A stretch of DNA of 64,000 nt from Planctomycetota bacterium. Lineage in GTDB: Bacteria; Planctomycetota; B15-G4. The stretch lies in NCBI GenBank assembly GCA_965248575.1, contig CBDFJQ010000002.1, positions 672,001-736,000 on the forward strand, written 5' to 3'. A program made the translations under genes and the position numbers. The notes under the pieces were generated by a model. It saw nothing but the letters and a program-made list of their open reading frames with translations, had not been told where the DNA came from and ran no database searches. Shown piece by piece: positions 8,964 through 18,500 of the stretch (positions are counted from its first letter, which is position 1; each line of letters opens with the position of its first letter).

Positions 8964-10072
8964 AGCCACTCAGTCGGACCAGATTCAGCCTGCTGTGTGT
9001 GTCCATCCTCGTGGGCGCCGTCTTGGCTGCTGAAGGTCTCACCCGTTGGCGTGCCCAGGTGCGCTTCGGGGATTTGCAGGATGTCTACCAGCTCTTCGAG
9101 AGTCTTCCCGCGGGCGAGCGGGTCCTGCGCCTCGTTCCCAACAGCGATGTGCAGTTCCTGGGCGGGAGGGTCCAGGCAGATTCGCGTGGGTTACGGAGCC
9201 CGGAGCTCCTGGACCCAAAGCCGGAGCATGGGCTGCTGGTGGGTTTCCTGGGGGGCTCCACCACTTTCTGCACCCAGGCGGCAGACAACGAGAGCACATG
9301 GCCCAGCCTCGTCGCTGACACACTCCGTTCAGCGCTGGCTGTCGAGCAAGTGGAATACTTCAACGCAGCAGGGACTGGCTTCGGCGTGAGCGAGAGCCGG
9401 CTTCGAATTGAGAACGATTTGGCGGATCTCGAACCGGATGTCGTGGTGATCTACCACGCCACGAACGATCTCGCCCGGGACAGTGGTGTGCTTGCCCGGG
9501 AGTTGGGTCTCTTCGACGAGCCGCCTCTTCCCTCGTGGCTCGAGCAGCGCCTCCTGCTTTGGAAGCTGATCCTGAAGAACATCCGCTACCAGGGAGCGCA
9601 GCAGTCAGGACGGAGTTCGGCAGACAAGCTCACGGCTCCAGCGACTGAATGGTCCGCGAGCTTCGAAGAGGAGCTGCGCGCCTTGGTGCAGGCGGTCCAG
9701 GCCCCTGGACGACGTGTGGTCCTGCTGACCTTCGCGACGCTGATGAGACGCGAGCAGAGCCAAGCGGCCCAGCTGGAGAACATGGCACAGGCCTTCACCT
9801 TCATGCCCTATTTGACGCCGGAGGCCTCCTTCGCAGCGTACGAGGAATACAACCGGATCATTGGCCAGGTGGCCTCCGACACGGGTTCGCTGCTCATCGA
9901 TCTGGCCGACGAGATCTCCGGGGATAGGGATCACTTCTCGGATTCCGTCCACTTCACCGAGCAGGGTTGCAGGCGCATGGCCGAGCTGGTGAGCCTGGGG
10001 GTGCTCGACGATGTGCAGTTCGGAGCGCTGGTCGAGGCGACGGCAGCGGCGTCTGAGCAGCAAGACGGCTGA
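8960..10072 (+). CDS. Membrane-anchored SGNH/GDSL hydrolase-like protein
   Basis: N-terminal TM helix; GGSTT, NAAGTG, HATND, DSVHF; ATGA overlap with the radical SAM gene. Confidence 0.88.
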   Translation: MKPLSRTRFSLLCVSILVGAVLAAEGLTRWRAQVRFGDLQDVYQLFESLPAGERVLRLVPNSDVQFLGGRVQADSRGLRSPELLDPKPEHGLLVGFLGGSTTFCTQAADNESTWPSLVADTLRSALAVEQVEYFNAAGTGFGVSESRLRIENDLADLEPDVVVIYHATNDLARDSGVLARELGLFDEPPLPSWLEQRLLLWKLILKNIRYQGAQQSGRSSADKLTAPATEWSASFEEELRALVQAVQAPGRRVVLLTFATLMRREQSQAAQLENMAQAFTFMPYLTPEASFAAYEEYNRIIGQVASDTGSLLIDLADEISGDRDHFSDSVHFTEQGCRRMAELVSLGVLDDVQFGALVEATAAASEQQDG

Positions 10073-10086
10073 GGTGCGAGCAGCGC

Positions 10087-10461
10087 TCAGCCTCCGGAGA
10101 GCTTGACCGTCCAGCCCTTGGCTTGGAGTTCGCGCAGCAGTTGCTCGCGGTGATCTCCCTGGATCTCGATCACACCGTGCTTCACGGAGCCGCCCGTTCC
10201 GCAGCGTTGCTTCAGGGCCTTGGCCAGCAGCTTGAGGTCGCTGGGAGTGAGAGGCACGCCGTGGATGAGCGTGACGCCCTTGCCCTTGCGGCCCTTGGTC
10301 TCCCGTGCGATGCGCACCACACCGTCCGTCTCAGGCACGACTTCTGCAGCCGACCCGCAGAGACACTGCTCTACGGGTTGGCTGCAGCCGGGGCACATGC
10401 GCCCGTGTTCTGAGTCCGAAATGAGGCCGCCCAGAGGTATCCGACGCTTGGGCGATGCCAC
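10087..10461 (-). CDS. yciH: Translation initiation factor SUI1/YciH
   Basis: RETKGRKGKGVT...LKQRCGTGGSVK.GVIEIQGDH; N-terminal CPGC...C.C. Confidence 0.95.
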   Translation of the reverse strand: MASPKRRIPLGGLISDSEHGRMCPGCSQPVEQCLCGSAAEVVPETDGVVRIARETKGRKGKGVTLIHGVPLTPSDLKLLAKALKQRCGTGGSVKHGVIEIQGDHREQLLRELQAKGWTVKLSGG

Positions 10462-10464
10462 GAC

Positions 10465-11856
10465 CTAGTACATGCGCGGCATCACCCGCGCCTTGCCACC
10501 AGGGCTCGACTTCTTGGCACTGGACCCAGCACTGCCAGCTGCTGCGCCGGCCTTGCGGCCGCCACTCTTGCCAGCGCCCGCCTTGCGTCCGCCTGCCTTG
10601 CGGCCCTTGCCAGCGCGACTCGTGGCCTGCTTGCCGCCGCCGCGACGCCCTTGCTGCTGTGAGCCGCCGCCAGGCTTCTTGGGTGCCGGCGGCGGGTTGT
10701 GGCGATCGAAGGGGATGGTTGAGCGGTAGGCGTGGTCCTTAACAACCTCGACTTCGATCCGAATGGCCTTCTCGATGTCCGAGAGGTAGGCCCGCTCGTC
10801 GATGTCGCAGAAGGAGATGGCCACGCCATCCCGCCCTGCGCGCGCCGTGCGCCCGATGCGGTGCACGTAGCTGTCGGTGATGTTGGGCAGGTCGAAGTTG
10901 ATCACGTGGGTGATCTCGGGCACATCGATGCCGCGTGCTGCGATGTCCGTCGCCACGAGGGTTCGCACCTTGCCACTGCGGAAGCCGTCGAGGGCGCGTT
11001 CGCGCTGACCCTGGGACTTGTTGCCGTGGATGGCTTCGGCCCGTTGGCCGATTTGCCGCAGATGCTTCACGACGCGGTCGGCACCATGCTTGGTCCGCGT
11101 GAACACGAGCACGCGCTCGATGCCCTCGTCTTTGAGCACCTCGCCGAGCAGGTGGCGCTTGTCGCTTTTCTCGACGAGCAGCACCTTCTGGGAGATCCGG
11201 TCCACCGTGGTCGCGGGCGGCGTCACTTCGACCCGCAGCGGATCGCGCAGGATGGACTTGGACAGTCGCACGATGTCGTCGGGCATGGTGGCGGAGAAGA
11301 GCAGGGACTGCCGATCCTTGGGCAGCTTCGCGATGACCTTGCGGACGTCGTGAATGAAACCCATGTCCAACATGCGATCAGCCTCATCGAGCACGAAGAC
11401 TTCGATCTCGCTGAGGATGATCTGCTTCTGGTCCATGAGATCGAGCAGCCGACCGGGGGTAGCCACCACGACGTCGATGCCCTGCTTGAGCGCCTTGACC
11501 TGGGGGCCTTGTCCGACGCCACCGAAGATGACGCTGTGCCGAAGGCGCAGGTGACGGCCGTAGACAGCGAAGCTCTCGCCGATCTGCGCCGCCAGTTCGC
11601 GCGTGGGTGTCAAGATCAACACGCTGGGCTTGCGCGGGAGCCGCTCCTGCGGCTCCCTGGCGAGGAAGTCCAGGATGGGCAGCGCGAAGGCTGCCGTCTT
11701 GCCGGTGCCTGTTTGGGCGATGCCCAACAGGTCGCGCCCTTCGAGCAGAGGCGGAATCGCCTGGGCTTGAATGGGCGTCGGTGTGTCATAGCCCTGCTCG
11801 CTGATCGCGCGCAGGAGAGGCTCCATGAGTTGGAGCTCGTTGAACGAAGTGGTCAT
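10465..11856 (-). CDS. rhlE: DEAD-box RNA helicase RhlE-like
   Basis: PTPIQ, AQTGTGKT, DEAD, SAT, HGNKSQ, HRIGRTARAG; GRKAG-repeat basic tail. Confidence 0.93.
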   Translation of the reverse strand: MTTSFNELQLMEPLLRAISEQGYDTPTPIQAQAIPPLLEGRDLLGIAQTGTGKTAAFALPILDFLAREPQERLPRKPSVLILTPTRELAAQIGESFAVYGRHLRLRHSVIFGGVGQGPQVKALKQGIDVVVATPGRLLDLMDQKQIILSEIEVFVLDEADRMLDMGFIHDVRKVIAKLPKDRQSLLFSATMPDDIVRLSKSILRDPLRVEVTPPATTVDRISQKVLLVEKSDKRHLLGEVLKDEGIERVLVFTRTKHGADRVVKHLRQIGQRAEAIHGNKSQGQRERALDGFRSGKVRTLVATDIAARGIDVPEITHVINFDLPNITDSYVHRIGRTARAGRDGVAISFCDIDERAYLSDIEKAIRIEVEVVKDHAYRSTIPFDRHNPPPAPKKPGGGSQQQGRRGGGKQATSRAGKGRKAGGRKAGAGKSGGRKAGAAAGSAGSSAKKSSPGGKARVMPRMY

Positions 11857-11857
11857 A

Positions 11858-12034
11858 TCAGGGATTGCGATCCAGGGATCCATCATCTTCGGGGCGCTCG
11901 TAGATCACGATCCCGGGGGAGCCGTCCGAGCGCTGGGCGTCGCGGTCTTCCTTGCGACGTGCTTTCTCTTCCTTCTTCTCGCGCTTCTTTTGTTCACGGA
12001 TGCGCTTCACGATACTGGGATGGGGCTTGGCCAA
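11858..12034 (-). CDS. Small Lys/Arg/Glu-rich protein (58 aa) immediately upstream of rhlE
   Basis: Manual translation from TTG 12034: MAKPHPSIVKRIREQKKREKKEEKARRKEDRDAQRSDGSPGIVIYERPEDDGSLDRNP; the stop lies 1 nt before the rhlE ATG. Confidence 0.65.
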   Translation of the reverse strand: MAKPHPSIVKRIREQKKREKKEEKARRKEDRDAQRSDGSPGIVIYERPEDDGSLDRNP

Positions 12035-12562
12035 AGTCTTGAACTCGCTTGGGATAGGGTGGTGCAGTTAGGGAAGGGGTGAACCGGTCCTCAGGGCCTC
12101 ATGCTGTGAGGTGACCGTGATGGGAACGGGTTTGAAGTCGGGCCGATGCGTCCGCAGGGGACGGGGAGGTCAACGCTCCGCTGTCATTTCCTTGTTCTTG
12201 CTCATGGTGTGCGCGGATGATCCTCGGCTCTGGGATCAAACCGCGTGAAGAGGCGAGGCCTCGACGTCGGGGAAGCCCGGCTGACGGTTGGTTGGCTTCC
12301 CCTCTGCTCCTGTCGACATTCGACGAGGTGCAATGGAGAACTCTTCCAATCAACGTGGCCAGTGGACCATGAGCCGTGCGGCACCTTATGCGCTGATCCT
12401 GAACAATGCGAGGGAATCCGAGAGGGAATTCCCATCTGGAGCAGCTGACTTGCCCGGTCGCTGTGCGCTGCTCAAGATCTCCAGCGGCAGCCGTTCCAGC
12501 TCCGCTTGGGGCGGGCGGATTCCCTGCTCAAGCGATGTCCCGGCTCCCGGCATGACTCTCTG

Positions 12563-14871
12563 ATGGCACCTGAACTCGTGTGGGGCGTCGTGCCCCGGCT
12601 GATCGGCTTGGCGTTCTTGACCGCCTTCCTGTCGCTCTCACGACAAGTCGTCCCGCTGGTGGGAGCGCGGGGGGTGTCCCCGTTGGGGGATCGCATGGCG
12701 CGGCTACGCAAGGATGTGCCAGCCCCGCGGCGCTGGTTCGAAATGCCCAGTCTCTTCTGGCTCAGCTCCAGCGACCTTGCGCTGGCCGCACTGCCCTGGC
12801 TTGGAGTGTTGGGGGCTTGCCTGGCCATCGCAGGTGGTGCCCTCGGGTGGTGGGGGTTGCTCCTGTGTTGGCTGTGTTTCTTGTCCTTGGATGTGTGCGC
12901 CCTCTGGTTGCCTTGGGACACGCTCCTGCTGGAGGTGGGTTTCCTGGCGCTGTTCTTGCCGCCGACTCAGGCCTTGCCCGGCTGGAAGCAACGGTGCTGC
13001 CCCTGGCCAGCGTGGCTTTCCTGTTCCGCTGGTTGCTGATCCGCCTCATGTGGGGCTTCGCCAAGCTGAAGTTCGTGGGCACCGAGAAGGGCGACGGCCT
13101 CTACCTCCAAGGCTTCCTGACCTGGTTGCCCATGCCCACGCCCTTGGGTTGGTTCGCTCAACATGCTCCACCCTGGGCGCTGCGGCTGGGGTGCTTGTTC
13201 ATGTGGGTGGCCGAGGTGCTTGCGCCTTTGCTCGCGTGCTTCCCGGGGACGCCGCGCCTGATCGGCGCGAGCCTGCTGGTCATGCTCATGCTCGGGATCT
13301 GGGCCACGGGAAACTGGGGGCACTTCAATCTCGCGTACGCCGGGCTCTGCATCGTCTTCCTGGACCATGAGGCGCAGCTGAGTGACGCCTTGGGAGCGGG
13401 GAGCGCAGCCCTCGGTGGGTTTGGAGGTCTGCTGACGCACGGGGTACTGCTGGCTTTGTTCCTCGCCAGCCTCGTGATGTTCCCGCTCAACAGCTGGGTC
13501 AATCAGTCGACCTTCCAGTGGAACGCCGATCGACTGGCGTGGGGGCGCCCGGTAGTGCAGCGCCTAGCGTGGGTGCTGCGCGCCATCAACCGCCTGAGGT
13601 TGGTGGGCGCCTACGGCGTCTTTCCTCCCAACACCAGTCCGCCCATCAAGATGGTCCCCGTCATGGAGGGCAGTCACGACGGGGTGCAGTGGACGCCCAT
13701 CCCATGGCGGTTCATGCCGGTGGGGGAGCGCAGCCCGCCGCGTTTCATCGCACCGCACCACCCCCGTCTCGATCACAGCTGCATCTATGCAGGTCTGGGC
13801 CTCAACGAGGCCGATGCCGCAGGGGGCATGATGTTCGAGGTGAAGCCCTACGGCATGTCGCCCTATGGCCCGGCCTCGTGGTTGCATCGCGTGGTTCAAC
13901 GTGTGCTGGAGGGCGAGCCCAGTGTGCTCCGGCTGCTCGGCAAGAACCCTTTCCCAGGTCAACCTCCGAGGTTGGTGCGCGTGGTGCACCAATGCCTGAA
14001 GCCCACGTCCCTGGCCGAGCGTCGGCGCAGCGGTCGCTGGTGGCACGCCCGCAGCATGTGCGTGCTGCACGAGCCTGTGTCGAGCGATCCTGGTCTGTGG
14101 GAGCGCTGGATTCCGCTGCCGGAAGCAGTGCATCCCGAGCTGAGTCACTGGCGTCGTGGGAGCCCTGCCTTGGCTAGCCTGCGGGAAGTCGTGGCCGAGG
14201 GCGGCCCGACGGCGGAGAACCTCTGCGTCGACAGTGACCTGTGCGCGGCGGACGTACGGCAGTTCTGGGAGCGTTTCGTGCCGGCGGTGAAGGAGGCTGA
14301 AAACTTCGGCAACTGGGATTCGGTCCTGGAGCGCGCCGCCGAGCTGCGCATCCGCTTCACGGCGTCGGAGATGCGCTGCTTTGAACAGGTGCATCAGCGA
14401 TCGGTTCACCTCCTGGAGGTGCGAGCAGAGCCCTTCGTCTATGGCTCCCACGAGCCTCGCTGGCACGTCGAGCATGCGTACCAGCTGCTGTCCCAACTTG
14501 GGGTTCTCGTTTTCGAGGGAGAGCAGGAGTTCCTGCGGGATCTTGCGGACCCCGCCCGGATGATTCCCCGTGTCGCCGAGCTGGATGACGCGACGCTTCT
14601 CTACCCCCTGGCCCTGTTCCGCCCTGACATGCTGCGAGCCTTGGTGCTCAGCCTGAGAGCGAGGACCGCCTTGTCACGCGCGCCGGACATGCCCTTCGGA
14701 ATCGGTCGCTACAAGGACTTCCTGCTCTCTCGCTGTCTGGGCGCCCAGTGGTTCCCTGAATGCAACAAGACGGACAGCGGTGTCTGGACCGTCGACCCCA
14801 CGGGTTTCGCGCAGGGCGGTGGGCTGCCCCGCGCTCCCGAGGTAGGATCCCCACCGCTGGCGACGAGTTGA
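12563..14871 (+). pseudogene. Lipase maturation factor (LMF) family membrane protein, frameshifted near 12980 (pseudogene or sequencing error)
   Basis: N-part (RLIGLAFLTAFLSL..QV.PLVG.RG..P, WDTLLLEVGFL) is in ORF 12506-13039. It continues in another frame (FLFRWLLIRLMWG..K, PMPTPLGW, GNWGHFN, YGVF, P.FIAPHHPRLD) in ORF 12580-14871. Confidence 0.8.
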
Positions 14872-14900
14872 CCGCACGGCGGTCGATCCTGCTCCCCCTG

Positions 14901-15581
14901 ATGGACAACTTGCATGACGTGGCCCGTGTGACGTGGATCGACGACGTGGCCGCCGACGGCGACCAGCCCGCGGCTCGCAACCTGCTGTTGGACCTGGAGC
15001 GGGAGGTGGAGGCGGAGGGGCTGCGGCTGCAGGGCTTGGGCCTCTCATGCCGCGGCTTCGTGTCCAGCGAACTCTCAGCCGTTCATGCGGCTCTCGCATC
15101 CGTACTGGAGCGAGACCTGGCTCGTGGCCTCGTGTTTTGCGAGTGGGGCTGCGGCATGGGGGCCATCTGCGCCCTGGCCGCGTCTCTGGGATACGAAGCC
15201 CACGGGATCGAGATCCAAGCCGAGCTGGTGGACATCGCCCGGGAGCTGCTCACACGCTTTGATTTGGAGGCGGGCATTGCGCACGGCACCTATCTCCTGC
15301 CCGGCCATGAGGACATCTTGCCTGACTGTCCACACACCGATGCTGCTTCGAGCCGAACGGCGTATCAGGAGTTGGGCTTGAACCCCGACGGGTGTGACGT
15401 GGTCTTCGCCTATCCCTGGCCGGGCGAGGAGGCGATGCACGATGTCGTGTTCGTACGGCAGGCGACGGAGGGGGCTCTGCTGCTCACATACCACGACGGC
15501 TCGCGAGTGTTGATCCAACGCCACAGGGGGCCGGACCGCGAGCTGGAATCCCTGGGTTGGGTGGACGCTTCGGGCCGCTAG
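14901..15581 (+). CDS. Class I SAM-dependent methyltransferase-like protein
   Basis: FCEWGCGMG, AHGIEI, DVVFAYPWP; start uncertain. Confidence 0.75.
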   Translation: MDNLHDVARVTWIDDVAADGDQPAARNLLLDLEREVEAEGLRLQGLGLSCRGFVSSELSAVHAALASVLERDLARGLVFCEWGCGMGAICALAASLGYEAHGIEIQAELVDIARELLTRFDLEAGIAHGTYLLPGHEDILPDCPHTDAASSRTAYQELGLNPDGCDVVFAYPWPGEEAMHDVVFVRQATEGALLLTYHDGSRVLIQRHRGPDRELESLGWVDASGR

Positions 15582-15589
15582 GAGCGACG

Positions 15590-18500
15590 TCAGCTCCGGG
15601 CGCGCAGCGCTGCTGCCGTATGACCCGGTGTCAGCTTGCCCAGGCTGCTCGGCGGCCCCGCGACCATCAGCCGCCCTCCGTCTGCTCCCGCCTCGGGCCC
15701 GAGGTCGATCACCCAGTCGGCAGCAGCGATGGCTGACAGCCGATGTTCGGTGGTCAACACGAGATCACCCCGGTCCGCGAGCTTTCGGAAGACCTTGAGG
15801 ATGCGGCCGAGGTCCGCTTCGTGCAAAGCCGTGGACGGCTCGTCGTAAAGTGAGACGGCGGGTGTGGTCGAGTGCATCAGGCTCGCCGCCAGCTGCACGC
15901 GCGCTGACTCCCCGCCTGAAAGCTCCACACGGGGGCGGCCCAGGGGGAGATGGCCCAAGGCTACATCGTCCAAGGCGGTCAGGCCCGCGCAGAGGGCGCG
16001 CTGCTCCTTCCCGCATGCGTGTTCGGGTAGAGCCGCCAGGCTCATGAGCAGTTGTTCGGCGGGCTCCTCCAGGATCTGCACGATGCTCTTTCCGTTCCAG
16101 CGCACCTGGCAGACCTCGGGGCGGAAGCGGCGCCCGTTGCAGACCTGGCACGGCAGGTCTACGTCCGCAAGGAAGTCCATGCTGACCTGCTCGCGCCCAC
16201 TGCCTTTGCAGGCTGGGCAGCGCCCCGCTGTGTTACCCGGCTTGAAGGCCCGTGCAGGGAGTCGCTGCCCGCTGTTCGCCTGTGCGCTTGCGGCGCTGAA
16301 CACGGCGCCGAGTGGTGCGGCCAACTGAAGCGCAACGAGGGTTGAGCTGGTCGCCGTCGTTCGATGGGCGTCTCGCGCATCGTGCAGTGCCTTGTAGCGC
16401 TCGAACCCACCAGGGATGTCGAGGGTCTCGCACTTCACGGGCGCCTGTGCCGCGAAGGAAGCTCCCAGGACATCGAACAGCAGGCTGCTCTTGCCACTGC
16501 CAGAGACACCCGTGATGCACACCAGGCCGGAGGCGGGGAACTGCACGTCGAGCTGCACGAGGTTGTGGGCATGGGCTCCGCGCAGTTGGATCAGCGGAGT
16601 GTTCGGCGTCCCGGCTGCGGTGCGTTCGTCGCTGCCGGGCCGGGCCCTCAAGGCGCGCGCGGTGGGGCCGTCGCCACTCAGCACACGCTCCGGGGGGCCG
16701 GTCTCCAGCAGTTGACCACCCTTGGCACCGCCCTCTGGGCCCAGCTCGAGCAGATGGTCGGCCCGCCGCAGGACGGACGGGCGGTGTGAGACCAGGACGA
16801 CGGTGTTGCCCTCCTGCTGGAAGGTGTGCAAGCGGTCCAGGAGCTGTTGGACGTCCCGCTCATGCAGGCCGGCCGTGGGCTCGTCGAGGACGAGGGTCAG
16901 GCCGACGAGACCCGAACGAAGGACTCCGCCTAGGCGCACCCGTTGCAGTTCGCCACTCGAGAGCGTGCGCACGGGGCGACCCAGTTGAAGATGGCCGAGA
17001 CCCAGGGACTGCAACTCAGCGAGGCGCACGCACAGTTCGGGACGCAGGGCTTCCAGCACCGGGTCCTGGGTGCTGGATCGGAAGAGAGCCGAGACCGCCA
17101 CCAGGCTGAGCTGCTCCAGCTCGGGAAGACTCACACCCAAGACGCGCGTCTCGCGCGGGATCTGAGTCAGGCCCGAACCCGAACACGACGGGCACTCGGC
17201 GTCAGCCAGCGGCGCGCTCCATTCGGCCGCACGCTTGGAGCGGGCGCGGTGGTCAGCCTCCGCCTCCACGAGAGCACAGAGCCCGCTCCAGCTAGTCTCG
17301 AATTCATGGCTGCCGTCGCCTTCTGCGCTGGAGGCAAACTCCCACTGCACCCGCAGGCTTTGCGGCTTTCGAGACCCCGGGTCCTCGAGGCCATGCAAGG
17401 CCATGTCGCGGACACTCGGCGGCAGCTCGTTCCAGGGCCGCGTCTTCAGCAAATCCCAGATCTCGGCAGGGGACCGGCAGGGTTCTAGCGCTGGTTCCTG
17501 AAGACGGTCGGCGACCTGGTCTGCATCCTGGTCAGTGACCTGCCCAGCGACCAGGGCCGCCACCAGGGTGGCCATGTGCTGGCCGTCCGCTTCGGTGAAG
17601 AAACGACCCGGGCGGCTCCCGCCGGCGGCCCCGCTCGCTGCCGTCGAGGGACCTGCCCCGAGCAGGGGCCGGTGCGGTGCGTCGATCAGCCTTTGAGGGT
17701 CGCAGCGCTGGCTCGTGCCGCGACCGCCACAGACCTCGCAGGCACCCTCCCTTCGCTCACGGCTGAAGTGCGAGGCGCTGAGGCCGCAGGGCTGCTCCTG
17801 CCAGAGCCCGGCGCGGGAGTAGATCAAGCGCAGCAGCGGCCCGCATTCCGATTGGGTTGCGACCGTCGAACGTCGGTCCAGGGCGCGGCGCGAGCTGGCA
17901 TGCCCTTGCCCGAGATGAAGAGTGGGGCCCAACCCGCTGGCCGATTCGATCCGGGGCGCGGGCAGACGCCGCATGAAGCGTCGCACTTGGAACGGCAGGC
18001 TCTCGGCAAAGCGCGCCGTCGCTTCGCTGGCCAGGGTGTGTGTGACCAGCGAGGACTTGCCGCTGCCGGACACACCGCACACGGCCGTGAGCTGATGGCG
18101 AGGAAACGCGACGTCGATGCCGCGCAGGGAATGGGTGCGCACGCCGCGTAGCTCGATGGGGCGCTCGTCGCCTTGCTCTGCCGGCGGCGGAGGCTGTCGC
18201 TTGCTGAGGGCAGACCAGTCGGGCTGCGCCTCGCGCAGCGTGCTTCCGTCACGCAGTTCGATGAGATGGTCGGCAGCGGCCCAGACCTGCCGATGGTGTG
18301 AAATGGCGAGCACCGTGTGGCCCGCTTCCACCAGCGCGTGCAGGGCTACGAGCAGGTCGACCACATCGGTTGGAGCGAGCCCGCGATCGGGTTCATCGAG
18401 AACGACCAGCGTCGGTTCGCTGCGCCGCGTCCCCAAGAGAGTGCCGAGCTTGATGCGTTGAGATTCGCCGCGGCTGAGGCTGCCGGAGGACTGGCCGAGG

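Noticed and set aside
4869..10072. Saxitoxin biosynthesis cluster
   Set aside because: Only sxtI/J/K/L-like families are present; no sxtA, sxtG or other core genes.
12288..12563. Short ORF upstream of the LMF gene
   Set aside because: No recognisable motif and atypical codon usage; not supportable.
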